Below, piece after piece: positions 24,901 to 38,421 of a stretch of 64,000 nucleotides of DNA. How positions within the stretch are numbered: position 1 is the stretch's first letter; every line of letters begins with the position of its first letter. This DNA comes from Selaginella moellendorffii. Its lineage: Eukaryota; Plantae; Lycopodiophyta. A model generated the notes under the pieces. That model was not told the origin of the DNA and did no database searches. It saw nothing but the letters and a program-made list of their open reading frames with translations. The DNA lies in the NCBI RefSeq assembly GCF_000143415.4, contig NW_003314402.1, positions 73,804 through 137,803 on the forward strand, read 5' to 3'. A program made the position numbers and the translations under genes.

Positions 24901-27900
24901 TAACACAAAGCTACAACCGAATCATCAACACTATTTGCATCAAGACTAATGAAACTCAATGTCAATCATACGGATAGACACTTCATCTCACTCGAATCTC
25001 AACATTAACAATGTCAACAACAAAGCATCACTTTAGTGCCATCAACACCATAACAAAGCTAGAAGAAAGCACGAGTGAATCATCACTCAAAACTCCCTAA
25101 TAACTAAGCTGAATAAGGTCGAAGATACTTTACTTAGTATCTAAGATTAATCCTTCAGCAAAACTTAGTTATAGATAACACTTTATCAAGGAGTGATTCA
25201 CCATATCCAAAACTCAATGAAATCTAACACCACAAACTAAATGCAACCAAATGATATCGATAGAGGTAGAGTCGATATGCCAATATGGAAAACCCATGTA
25301 AGTCTAACGACACCATCTTCCGCAACACCATCCGGTAAAGCAAGCCTATCACTGCTAAATCTTCATTGAGCGAAGCAAGCATCATAAGTCTTCGACAAAG
25401 TCTATCAGCAATCACTAGTTGCAAAGCAACCAATAATCACTTTTCAACTTGCCTTCACAAAACCTAACACTAAACTCATGCCATCAAGCCAAATACTTGT
25501 CCAGCATGAACCTAATACCTCATGTATGAGATAAAAGTTCATAGACAAGCATAAACCAATGACCACTCGAATTCAACTCAACCGCGATAAGCTCACAAAT
25601 GCATTTAGCCAACAGCTCTGAGCATGCTTTGAAGAAGCTAGCTATGCATGATTAACACTCAGCCGAAACTAAAGTGAAAACCATGAGATAGACTCATATT
25701 GGTATACAACCTCCTCATAGACAAAACTATAGTATGGGTATTAACATCTCAAACTCAAATAACTAAGTTGGACATCACCATCCTCAGCCAAGGTGCAGGG
25801 CTACCAAGACCAAATCAAGATTAATGAGAGCTCACTACTCTCATAGAGTTTAACGAAATGCAAGGTGCAACTTGCCACCAAGCACAATGCTACAGAAGAA
25901 AGGCATAAGGGTCACCTTTCTTAGAAAAATGCAATAGCTACTTTTCTACACTAATTTTAGACTCTATCCAACTCAATTGCTTTAGCCTCAAGGTTAGCAT
26001 CCCTTTCGGGTCGCATCATACAAACTTTTTACTAAGGTTTAAGCTAACCGAAGTCAACTCCAACCCTTTCACTAGTTTGTATTAGCTTACGAAAACGGAA
26101 TGATTTTCAGACAAAGTGATCAACAAATCAACCATTAGAAGAGCCTAAGAAAATTTGTGGAAAATTTCCATCCTAGAGAAAGAATGACTCTCAGTCCAGG
26201 AATGCAAAATTTTCAAAACTCAACCAACTTCCTCCTACCAACAATTTCACATAGGTTCACCTCAACACAAATTCTCATGACCCATAGTATGCTTAAATCT
26301 CGAACATCTTTTTGCCTATACTTCCGACATTCAATCCCGACATCCGCAAAATGCAAAGTGAACATCCAAGGCTTGAACACAAAGACCATATCTTCGGATA
26401 TTCTTATTGCACTAACATCTTCTTCAACCATCTTCAAGATCCAATGTGAAGCCAAAACACTAACAAGAAAAATGACATGGAGAATCAAGCTCTAAGGAAA
26501 ATTCCTCATCACTCAAATTAACAATGCCACTTCCATTACCACAAATGCTAGTGATGTTAATGCCTCAACTACACATTTTCTCCATCCAATAATCTACTCT
26601 AAGTGCTAACGGATCAACCGACAAGTTATAGCAAGAGAATGCTATAACCTTTTCCAACACCGCATGGACAAACTCTCATGGAAACAAGGTACCAACTTAG
26701 GCTTAGCATCATAGACCACTATCGAGAATCTAGTTAAAGCTACTACAATGCTACTTTATGCAAGTAGACTAGCCTCACCATCAACCACTTTGGGGTGGAT
26801 CATCGTCTAACCAAGCAACTTCGTAAACACATTACTTATTATCACATAGATATGATATAAGTATCACAATGACTTGATCATCAATTGAGCAATACCATAA
26901 GCAATGCACATATCACTACTACAAAGGTTTATGTGAGTATCAAGTGTCAACTCGACTCGACAAAATGCAATATAAATGCCACACTCCACCGATAGAGACT
27001 TACAACACCCAACACCACTAACTTTTGTTCATAACATAGACAAGCTTATGCCATTCTCTTTCCAACCAAACTCAAAACTAATCCAACACCAAGCTACTCA
27101 AGGAGCAATAATAAGTTTCCCCGGAAAAGAATTGAGCATTGCAACATAAGTCTTTCAATAGCAAGCCTAGACAAAATGGTTTAGCGCTTCACTGCTATCC
27201 ATCCCACAACTCACCATTGTAAGACCATCATCTTCAACATGCATCAAGGTAGGGACTCTTGATTGCATAATATGAACACAAGTAATGAATTACACTTCAT
27301 TGCAAATCATTTCTCCAAGAGAAGATGTTTTATGTGTTTGATCCTTCGTTCTTGATGACTCTCCTTTCGGCCTCATCTTTGACTAAACCTCAAGCTTTGC
27401 TTTCGCACTGCCTTTAGTCCAATCCAAGAAAAGTTTATGAGAGAGCACGGCAATGACTACTTGAACCAATAGACTAATCCCTACAATCTTGATTGATTCA
27501 CTTATAGTCTTGCCTAGGAAGGATCTACTAGTGCCGTGCTAAACAGCTACGGACCAGCCTTTTTGCCACTCATAGCAAACCCAAGGATAGGTTTACTTTC
27601 ACCCATGGTACATGGAACAACTCACGGAACCATTAGAATAACTCATGGAACCACCGATAGGCTAACATTAATCTTGCCAACTCAAAGTGTAATATTGAGT
27701 TGCTAATGTGCTTCACTCATAAGCCCAAGCGTAAACTCGTGCAAATGGAACATCTCAAATCCCTCTTATGAGCCCAAGAGCAAGCTCACATTATCACGGT
27801 ACAAAAAGGTAACAAAAACCATACCCAAGGAACAATCGCAAAGCCTTGCACCCAAACATGTACCCACTCGGATCATCGTTTTCATCTCTGCATATGCAAT

Positions 27901-27947
27901 GAGACTAGTTGCCCAATCTCATTGAATAGTACTTGCTAAGACTCATC

Positions 27948-27958
27948 CTCTGATACTA
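27948..27958 (-). promoter_or_regulatory. Primer-binding site (tRNA-iMet type)
   Basis: The - strand reads TAGTATCAGAG, one mismatch from TGGTATCAGAG, 2 nt inside the LTR end. Confidence 0.7.
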
Positions 27959-27960
27959 AA

Positions 27961-29097
27961 TGTAGCGCACGTGGTTTTGACCCTTTATCCTATGGTGATT
28001 TACCATAGGATAACACCACGAAGCGGAACCTCAACCCTCTTTGTGCCACGTGATAGATGCCACATGTCACATGCCACGTGTCCAAAGGAATGTGGTGTGG
28101 AACCCGAGGTTCAGGGCCTTGAGCCACTAAACGAAGGAACGGTGCCAAACTCCCAAGCATGGATCCAAGGAGTGATAGAACCGAACCACGGAGCAACTCC
28201 CGAGCATACAGCCCAAGGAGTGAAGGGACAGGAGCCCAGAGCGACTTGGAATAGTCCTGGAGCAACCAGCATCCCAATGCCAGGACCAACACGCAAAACG
28301 GAGCCAAACAGAGTTTGGCACTATTTCGGCATACTGGTGGCCTAACGCGAGGATATGGTTACTCCACCAGCTAGCATGGAATGGAACTTGGGCTTAGACC
28401 CAAGCCGGACACAGAACAAAGACAGGCATGCAAACATGAGCTAGACTATGCCTCAGTTGGTCAGCCATGCCTGACCTACCCACTATCCCTACTGTACATT
28501 TGGAACCCCTCATAGCCCCCCCTCCCCTTGAGGAACACACGCTTTGGGCTTTCACCCCAAGCCTCCCTTAGTATCAAGAGTTAGTTTCTGGGACAAGCTC
28601 AAAACTTATTAAATATGGAATGGCATTAGATTGCGAATTTGGACACAGGATGAACACTATTGTGTTCAAGCCAATCTCTACATTCTGTAAATATGCCAAA
28701 TGAGCAAATCTAGACACTTTCCATAAATAGCATTTGGGACCGAAATGAGACTAACACAAGGGGCATGATAGCGAGGGTGTTTGGCAAACATGGTAAGCTA
28801 TCATTCAACGATATTGAGGGACCAATCTCAATACGTTAGGGTTCTTGTTAAGCTAGTGCAAGATAGAGCAAAAGAGAACTAAAAAGCTAGGCCAAGTATG
28901 CTTGGCTAAATAAACACTTAGGCTTATGCTCATCTAGCTAAGTAAAGATGCAAAGTCTAATTTATTAACATTTGAACAAAAGGGGCTGATAAAGGGTCTA
29001 GCAATACCGACCTCCTGCCATCGTGGCAGTCAGGAAAGAGTGTCCGTAAGGACTAGCCGATAGGTAATTTTCGATACCTGAAGTCACATTCGCAACA
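27961..29097 (-). repeat. 5' LTR, about 1137 bp
   Basis: Bounded by TGTAGCG...CGCAACA (6/7 inverted match, TG..CA); adjacent to the PBS; higher GC than its flanks. Confidence 0.75.
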
Positions 29098-30349
29098 ACA
29101 TTATTGAGCAGAATATAAAATTTGGACAGTTGATTATATTTAAAGACGTGTGGTCCATAAATACTTAAACTACACCACTATAACATTAAAAAATTAAAAT
29201 ATAACTAAAACCATATCTATAAATATGGTTGTATATATAAAAATTTATATGGAACACTATATCTGAATTGTGCTTAAAATTATGTGAACAAAATTGGTAA
29301 ACATCAGTTTCAAAACTATATAGGTATTGGTAAATTATATAGAAAGATATATGTACATTTATTCTCAAAATATAACTCAATCATACTCAAAACTATACAA
29401 GAAACCATTCCTTATGAAAACTAGTTATGAAACCATTAAAGTCACATATGGTTTAACCATAGGCATAACCATCTTGTTTTGGTACTAGTTATAGTAAAAA
29501 AACCATGTTGATGAGCGTGTTGTGGTTGGTGCTGGGCAACAGTATGCGGCATGGCCTCTGGCAGCCAGATGTCTTTCCCATGGAGATGAAGGCCAAGGTG
29601 TTGGAACCTTTGGTGGATCAAAGCTGGAAAAATCAAGGTACTTAATGATGGAGAAGAAAATTTGTGCACCTTGACTTGAATCATGATTTACTCCACAAGC
29701 TGCTGTGACAGCCATCAAGGCAATTTTGACACTAAATCATCTTTGCGACTGGCAAGAGCAGCGTTCTAGGAGCACTGGCTCAAGGTGCTATCTTAAATAT
29801 CCTTGCAAAATATTTCCACTGTGCAGAACACACAATACCCATTCCTCATTGAAATGACATCATTTGCTCTCACTCACTTGTTTTCTTTTGCATCTCCGCT
29901 CAGTGAGCTGCTGAGCTTCTTTAGATTATCATTTGGAGGAAGTAGGGAATTCACCGCATGGTGAGTTTTGGAGTTGAAGTGTTGTTGGGATGTTAAGTAT
30001 GAAGCTCAAATTGCATATGCATTGTATTTTTCTGGTATGTTGTTGTGGTATTTTTTTTCCCAATATTTCTGTGGTACAATGTGGCTTGGTTTTTAAGGAG
30101 TCATCGCATTTCCTCATCCATTTCTCGTCACAGGGTCTTTTAGTGGTAATAAATTCCCGCTCGCAGATAATATAAGCAAGGAACCAGTGGTTTCCAGAAG
30201 CCGAGTTTATTTGTCCCCAGTTTTTAAGTTGGAAAGTTGCGAGAGGGAGACTGCACAGGTGATGGAATTCTGCTGCTGTGCTCACCAGCAAAACTTGAGC
30301 ACCCGAGTTGGATTGACTGGGAATAAGAAACTGGGAGGCTGTATCAAAT

Positions 30350-30717
30350 GTCATCCTAGCGTATGCCGAAAACACTTAAGCAAAGAAGTTGTTTCTTTTG
30401 ATGATCTATCCAGAGAGATTGCTTCTCGTGGAACATTTTGATCAAGAGGTTTGTGGATGCCGGGAAGCAGCACTTGCCCTGGCATGGCATTTGGAAGAAG
30501 CAAAGGGTTTCGTTTGATGCAATGCCTCAATAAGACGTGCTCGCAAGAAACACAATGGTCACTCTATTTTATACAAACAGACAACCTTGAACACACAAAG
30601 TACAGGTTGTCTCTTTTTGCAAAGTTGAAAGGTGTTCTCCCAGAAAAAAGCACAATATTAACTCTTGGCCTTGTAGATCGGAATCATACTGTTCTTCACT
30701 TTTTTCAACTCTCTCTG

Positions 30718-30749
<32 letters not shown>

Positions 30750-31215
30750 TAATACCGTTTTGAGCAGCTGTTCTTCCATCCAGGCATTTGCTGTATTGGT
30801 TCAATTTTGCTTAAACACCAGCGACCTTCACGACATAAGAGCTAGATTGATTCACAGTGAGCACCACAATGATCGCTACCTCGCCAATCTCATCCTCCAA
30901 AAGTATGGGGAGCTGTGGGGTGCTCGACGGATCTTCGCTGGCTCTTGTGGAACATCTTGCTGGGAAAAATCGGTTGAGCGGAGATCCAAGAGGGATGTGG
31001 TCGCATGGAACATGATCCTCGCAGCGTATGCCTAAAACGCTTAGTCAAAACAGATGTTTCTTAGATGATCGAGGAATGTTTTGATCAAGGTGGGTTTGTG
31101 AATGCCATGCGAGAAAGCAGCAGTTGCCGGGACAAAAGATGCAAAAGTTTTAATTGACGGGATGCCTCAACAAAATGTGCTCGCAAGAAAAACAATGATC
31201 ATTCCTTGTTTTACG
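30350..31215 (+). pseudogene. PPR-protein gene fragments
   Basis: ORF 30451-31035 ends DRYLANLILQKYG...RDVVAWNMILAAYA; LIDGMPQQNVLARKTM. Confidence 0.65.
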
Positions 31216-31356
31216 AACATTTTCCCGCCCTATCGTCTTTACTTCTCCATTCTAGGGTTCTTTCTTGGAGAGGACGTAGGTTTTCTATTGCCCGCGTGAT
31301 CGAGGAGACGGCGCTGGGAGGCGGCCTTGATCGGCATGCTGGAGCTGAACAAGGTA

Positions 31357-33177
31357 ATGGGAATTTCTGAGCCTTGCCGCATTGACAACGAAAGCTTTCG
31401 GGCCGTCCTTGGCAGCGATGTCTGCGACATGGATCTCGTCCACGCGCTACACTTGGCGAGGAACGATTTGCAAGTGGCCGCCCACATTGTGCTCGACACT
31501 CCGGGTTTTAGAAATAGGAAGAGGCTCCAGCTTAAGGCTCCGACCCCAGCGTTGGTAAATCGTCGACGACAGGAGTTCTAGATCTACGGTGACAACAAAG
31601 GCCCCTGCGGCAAAATGTTCCATCGGCAGTGGATCGCCAAAAACTCCTGCAAAAGCTGAGGCTTCTAGGACAGCAAAAATTGCCGAGGTGAGCAATGATA
31701 GTGGAGCAGAGGATTTAGATGATTCGGGTGTAGAAAGTGGAGCAATCGATGGTGGGGAAGAAGAGGTAAACAAGATTAAGACTGGAGGAGGAAACGATGC
31801 CGAGGTGGAAAGAACAACAGTGGTGGAGAGCTCCATTGAGACTGTCAGGAAACATGGCGAGGCTGTTTCTAGCGCCTTAGCTGGACTTTCAATCAGAGGT
31901 AGTGCCTTGACCCACGGTAATCCCGTTAAGATGGAAGCTGGTTGTGGTTCCGTGAAAGCTGAAGCTTCGGTTTCGATCGCAGCTGGATGTGATCCTATGA
32001 AAGTAGATGGCTTGGTGAAGATGGAAGCTGGTTTTGAGTCTGCAAGAGTCAAAGCTCCGGTTGGCTCAGTGAAGATGGAACCTGGTTATGATACTGTGAA
32101 AGTTGAAACTCCATTCGGGGGTGGTAAAGCTGCCCATTTGTCTGAAGCAAAGGTGGTTCCAATAGAAAATGACACGGCCAAGGCTGCAGAGAAGCAACCG
32201 GTTGTTTTAGATGCAGAGAGGTGGTGGCTTCTCCAAGAGACTGAAGTTGCCGGGTACTCGACGTCCAGGGGATGCCGGATTCGTGTTGGCGAGTTCGTGT
32301 CCTTCAATTTTCCCAAGCCTGAAGCCGAAAGTAAGAAGAAGTTCTTTGAGCACAAGAAGGTTCGGCCGAAAGCGAGCTCCGACATTGTAAGGTTCTTGAC
32401 AAAAGCTTCAGGAGAGGTACGTTTCACTTGACTTGTTTCTTCGTTTTAATTCTAACCATTTGCTCACAGATAGGACGGCTTCCGGCCGACTGGGCCAAGT
32501 GTTTGATACCTTTGGGAAGTGCAAAATGGCACCAGAGGCTCTTTCTCTTATAAGCAGCATAGTTCTCCATTGGAGGTAGAGTTTTCTGTGTTTACCAGAG
32601 ACGTTACGTATATGATGTGCTTGCAGAGTTTATATCAACAAGTCAGAAGCCTTACAAAGAGGGGGATGAGCGCGGATTGAAGCTTCTGCAAGCTATCTTG
32701 AAGCCGTTAATGCTTCGAAGAACAACTGATAAGGAAGGAAGGTAAGCATTTTTTCCTTTGCACCGTGCCTTGTCTTGTATTCACTCACAAGTTCGATTCA
32801 CAGACCAATTTCTTGTTCTCCAACCGGCTCAATGTGAAGTTATTGAATGCAGACTATCTGAGCCTGAACGTGATTTTTATGATGCCCTTTACCACAGATC
32901 TAAGGCATGAAGAACTTCTCTTTCTTTTATTTTCTCTTTTTTTCTGAACACGTTTTTGCGTTTGTGATCAGGTAAAATTCGATCAGTTCGTTGAACAAGA
33001 TAAAGTTCTCCATAACTATGCCCCGATCCTCGAACTGCTACTTCGATTATGGCAAGCTTGTGATCATCCTTTTCTTGTTCTGAGGTAGAAAATGCATCCT
33101 CTTATGTCTGAAGTTCCTCACGTTTCTTCGTCACACAGCCGGTAGCGATACTGAATACTTTGCGGACGTGGGAAACC
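31357..33177 (+). pseudogene. RAD5: RAD5-like pseudogene, 3'-truncated by fusion to NLR copy 3
   Basis: ORFs 31327-31581 and 31589-32431 carry the N-terminus and HIRAN; same internal deletion as other copies. Confidence 0.85.
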
Positions 33178-34376
33178 TTCTACTCTCAGTTCATCAAGGT
33201 CTTTGGGGAGTTGTGTCACAAAGAGAGGCAAATGCTCCCATGTATTATCAGGAGCCAGATAGAATCTTAACCTCTTCAGGTTTGGAAGACTTGCTGCCAA
33301 ATCGTCCTTGAACTCGGACTGTGCAATGTGTAGATTTTGAAGGCCCAGAACTTCAAGGCATGGGAACGATCCATCCAGACTAAAGAACTGGATGCCACTG
33401 CAGTCTATGTGAAGTTCTCGTAGCCGTTGAAAGCCCTTTAGCCAAGACAGGTCTTTCATTGTCTCATTGTTTGTGATCTTTAAAAATTGTAGCTGTGGCC
33501 ATTCAAGGCTTTCGGCATACCGTCCTGAAGCTGTTTGGACTTCTTAAACATTCGCTTCCAGTCAAGTTTGATAGTCGATTCCACCCTAATGTCACATCGT
33601 CTTAGATTGACAAGTTGCCACAGGCCGGTGAAATCGCCAAAGTCCATGCTCTTTGCCTCCAACTCCAGTGTCTCAATGTCCACTAGTGCACCAAGGCTGC
33701 GAGGTATTTTTATTGTTGCACGATAGAGGTCTAGCGTTAAATGTCTTAGCTTGTGTAGGCTTGAAATTCCACTCAAATCCACAGCTAACTCCTTATCGAA
33801 ATGAAGCTCCAGCTCTTCCAAGTTGAATAATTGGGGCAGTAATGCAAAGTTGAATTTTGTGATGTCATTGCATTTCAAAACCTTCAGTGATGTCAAGCTG
33901 AAGAGCGCATCTGGGAATATTGTCACACTTGAACGTCGAAAGAGGGGCACATCTGAACATTGAAGGTCAAGCACTTGAAGGTTTCTCAGCTTGGATATGC
34001 TCTCTGGAATAAAACGTACCAAATTATAGCATCTATTCAAGCTCAATACCTTGACATTTTGGATGTGATCTATAATAAGACTGACATCCACACCAGAAAT
34101 TCCATGACATCCATCGAGAAGCAAGACATCTCGCACATGAATGTCAGACAAAAGGCTGCTTGTAACCTTCTTTCCAATGAATGAAACTTTAGAAAATGTT
34201 GGAGAAATCCCAGGTGGACAATCATAGCCAAACAGGCATCCCTTCTCGTGCTCTTCCTGGGGTAGGTACTTCCCTTTCAAGATTCTTATGCACAGCTTGC
34301 GTACCATATCGTGTACAGTTACATAACATCGATAATCAGTTGTCTTCACTAGGTATCTTCGTTCCAGTTCACTAAC
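33177..34376 (-). pseudogene. NLR copy 3: remnant (end of ARC plus LRR), truncated at both ends, frameshifted near 33480-33520
   Basis: ORFs 33480-34529 and 33118-33459 contain IVSELERR..VTVHDMVRK and LRRs. The 5' side is fused to transposon sequence and the 3' side to a RAD5 fragment. Confidence 0.85.
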
Positions 34377-37300
34377 TATGGCCCTAGCATGTATAACCAC
34401 AATTTTTAATTCTTCCTCCTCCAAGACATTTTCTTCAACCAAATTATCATTAAGTAAACTATCCATCACTACCTCCAACATCACTTGTGACAAATATAAT
34501 GTTCTTCCATAAATCATATCCAAACCCATTTACTGGATTATATAGTTTTTACTTTCCCTCTAAATCCACTCTATTATTTTCTATTGTGCTAACTTGTGCA
34601 TTTTTAGTGAGAATAAGTGTTTACCTATGGTTATAGAAAGTAGATTTGGTGAAAAAATAACCTTTTGGTGCTTTTGTTGCAACACATAATAGACAACAAT
34701 AATTTTTCTTTCTTTTTTGCTTTGGTTTGGTATAAACTATTGAGATGTGCCATCTTTTGGCTAACCTAGTGAACATTACAAGGCAAACACACTTTTGCAA
34801 AACTTGTGAAATTTAAAAATACACAATTATCACATATCTTTTAGTGTTTTTAATGTTGTCATCCTTGTAGTTTTTTGCTGCTTTCTTTCAAAAATATAAT
34901 ATTGTTACAAATATTTTTTTTGAGGTATTTTTTAAGTCCTTATTTAGCAAATTCATGATGGAGGTAAAGAAGATAAATTGCCCAATCCGTGATGCTTTTT
35001 GGGATTGAGCTCATAGGTAACGTTTGATAAATATAAAACATAGTAAGGTTAAGGCTTTGTACTTATTTTTATTGATATAAGTTTCTTTATTTTGGTATCA
35101 TGCTTACTTTAACAAATTTTTTTGACTCTTTGAGTTAAGTAAGGATCATTTGCTCTTCTCTAATGCTATAAAGGTTTTAGTAAAGATCCAGCTCATATCC
35201 TTGTACATCCAATGTGCCAACTATGTTTTTAAGTGATTTTTATTTGGTTTTGGAAATCTTTTATCTACAATTCACATATACACTACTATATGTGTTGCTA
35301 GAGCTTACCATTGCATCCACAATAACATTAACATGTCTTTAATTGATCTTGACATGATGCAAACTAAATGACTATATTCAAGAATGCCCTGTGATCTGCA
35401 AACCCACTATAGTGCTATTTTGCTTGCAAAGCAATTAAAACTAGTAAAGTGATGTTTTTAATTATACATTTTTTAAAATATTTATGTATTTAGATTATTA
35501 GGATATAAGTTGTGGCTTGATTTTAGAAGAAACTCCATACCCCAGAAGTAATTTAAGAAGAAAAATAGTCCAATAATGCAATTATGGAGATAGAAAGTCT
35601 CTCTAGAGAGACCACAATATTAGATATGGTAACAAATAAATTTGATTTTAGAGAAAGTGAAGCAGAAGTTTTTAGTGCACATAGTTATAATAGCATAATT
35701 AATTAAAATCAATATAGGTTTGTTAATCAATTTATATACATTTGAACTTCCCACATATGAGCTAAGATTTGCATAGTAGAGTTTAGTGGGTGGCAAGATT
35801 GTAGAGATGCTAAGTTTTGTATCTTTCCATTGTTGTAGTTAAATCAACGAGTTGAGATAAGGTAAGCAATGGGTAAAAATACATAAAGTGAATCCTTTTT
35901 TTTTCTTTAAATGTTTATGACCCTAGCAAGATTGAATAAACCATCTAGCAAGGGATTGTGTAAATATATTGAGAGTGTTTATTTAGCTAGAGTGTTGCCA
36001 AACTTCATTAACAAGATTAAGAGTGATGGATTTTTTAGAGAGGACCATTTCAAACTCAACATTTTGATATGGATGAGCATTGGAGCAAAAATGGGGGATG
36101 CAATCCAAATGACAAAGACACTCAAGAATCTCAATGATTCATCGGAGTAGGCATGCCCAAAATAAGAGCCCTTTACGAAGACAATAATGCGAGCTAACAC
36201 CCACTCAAAAACAAAACACACCAAGTCAAGGATTATAATAGTGGCAACCAAGGTTTGCAACACCAATTTTCAATGTTAAAAAATACTCCAAGCGCTTACT
36301 AAATTTCCCATTAGCTTTATTTGGCAAGAATTTACTTTATGAGTTATTATAAATCTTTCCTAACTACAAAAAAGGATACTTCAAATGTGAAAGGCAAGTG
36401 GAGCAAAGAATTAAGCTCAATCAAAAGAGGATACTTCAAATGTAAAAGGAAAGTGGAGCAAAGAACTAAGTTAATTAAGTCAGTTCATGAGTGCAAATTG
36501 GATAACCATGCCTTTTGTGTTTGTGAGTTCAAGATAAAAAAGATCTTCATTATATTGCGGTATCAACTTAAAAAAGCAATGGTTGTTAAAATAGAGCAAA
36601 TAAAAGTGTTTATAAAATACTTATATGACTAAAGTGTTATAGATCTCCTTGCATTTAAATCAAATATGAGGTTGGTATTGATAGATCTTGAGTTTTTTAA
36701 GGTACAAACCATATTAGTTTCAATGGAAAAAACCTCATAGTTTTAAATATGGCTTTTGCAATATCTTCAAATAGTAAGGATAAAATTTTTAAATAAATGG
36801 CAATGAGAAAATTACAATAGTTAAGAAAGTTTATAGTGGCACACTCATTTAAAAGTATAAATCCCTACGAGTGAGGATAATTTCACTTATAGATAAGGAT
36901 TTATTGGCCAATATAAAGATTTTTTTTGCATGTGAGGTAAATCTTTTTTAGGATGACATTTTAAAATTATGCTCAACACTAAAGAAAGAAGTATGCACTA
37001 ATTTTAAATTTTAAGTTCAGAAGATGTTTTGGCCTAAGTGCATAAAGGCCATTGTCATTGGTAAGGATAATGAAAAAACTATTAAAGAGGTATTCTTTTA
37101 AAAATGATTTTATAGTTTTTAATTTTTGTTTGTGCAGCTCCAGACTAAATCATATGGCAACGGATGTGAGGAGCAACCCCTATACCCTACTAAACAAGAT
37201 TGATGAAGACATAGAGTGTGAGATTATAACTAAAGAAAAAAAATGTAAATTTCATAGTATAACTTAATTTTATATATTGTCTAATATTTTTTGGCTCTAT

Positions 37301-38421
37301 TTACAAGTAGAAGAACACCTAAAGTGCTTCTTTAAATATTTTTTTATTAAAATATAGATAATATTATAAAACAATCTCATTATTTTGCAATAATCTTCAT
37401 TAAAAATTGTTGCTTTTTAACTTTTGTGTATTAACTGTAACTAATTTATATGACTTTGTAACTTTCATCCATAATAGTAGAAGTTCAACCAATAGCCACA
37501 AATATTTATAAGGAGGTTTAAGCTTGTATATATTATATAATATAACTTTATTTATTTTTTTAGTTAACATTAGCAAAATTACGAAAAAACAAAAAAGTCC
37601 AGATAAATGATAAGATTACTCTTCCTGTGTATGAGGCAAAAGAAGTGGAATACACTGTAAAGGCATAAAAAGAATCAACAACTATTAATAAAGTAATATA
37701 ATAACAAATTAATATAATTAGTTTTATTTTTTTCACTCAAACTTAGCAAAAACTTGCAAAAACTTTTTAAACTAAACATAGTAATTTTAGAAAATTAGTG
37801 AAATTGCTCTTTGAATTTAACCTTTCTTTTGCTAACATGAAGTAATTCTATAAGAATGAGAACCATATTTACAAGTTGCCAAATGCCCACAAAATTAAAA
37901 CTGAGTAAACCTTAAAGAATATTGTTGAGCAGAGTGTGAAGTTTGGATAACTGATTATATCTAAAGAGGCCTTATCCATAAATATTTGGATTACATTAAA
38001 AAATTAAAATGTAAATAAAACCATATCTATAAATATGGTTCTATATATAAAAATTTATATGCAACACTATATTTGAATTATGAATAAAATTATGTGAACA
38101 AAATTGGCAAACATTAGTTTCCAAACTATATATGTATCAGTAAACTATATACAAAAGTATATGTACATTTATTCTCAAAATACAACTCAATCATATTCAA
38201 AATTATACAAAAAGCCATTCCTCGTGATTGCCAAATAGCACATAAATCATGATGAAAACTATGTACAAAACCATTAGTGGTTGTGGTCCCAAAACCAATG
38301 CATTAACAATTAAGAAACCAGTCATAAAACCATTAAAATCACATATGGTTTAACCACAAACACAACCATTTTGTTTTGGTACTAGTTATAGTAAAAAAAC
38401 CATGTTGATGAGCATATTGTG
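34377..38421 (-). mobile_element. Second, left-truncated copy of the same DNA transposon, without the nested LTR element
   Basis: Colinear with 20458-23850 and 29098-29524; ends ...agcatattgtg followed by GTT and the same right flank. Confidence 0.75.

Larger units (their letters stand above)
23855..29097 (-). mobile_element. Truncated, decayed LTR retrotransposon (probably Ty3/gypsy) nested in the DNA transposon
   Basis: Absent from the second transposon copy. It has one LTR, a Met-tRNA PBS-like site and a strongly strand-skewed, stop-riddled internal region; only faint gag and RT-like traces are visible. Confidence 0.7.
18965..29524 (-). mobile_element. Decayed AT-rich DNA transposon with about 29 bp imperfect TIRs (5'-CACAAC...ATGGTTTTTTT) and 3 bp TSD GTT
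   Basis: Left end cacaacattctcctaattatggttttttt (18965-18993) versus reverse complement of 29496-29524 cacaacacgctcatcaacatggttttttt, 23/29 identical. GTT at 18962-18964 and 29525-29527; subterminal AACCAT/ATGGTT repeats; a second copy at 34377-38421. Strand is inferred from weak transposase-like remnants. Confidence 0.72.

Noticed and set aside
27971-28345. ORFs of 61-124 aa as genes
   Set aside because: They lie within the LTR and show no recognisable motifs.
33118-33459. RAD5, URT1 or Rab7 as integrated decoy domains fused to the NLR
   Set aside because: All fragments are antisense to the NLRs; junctions add only short nonsense tails.
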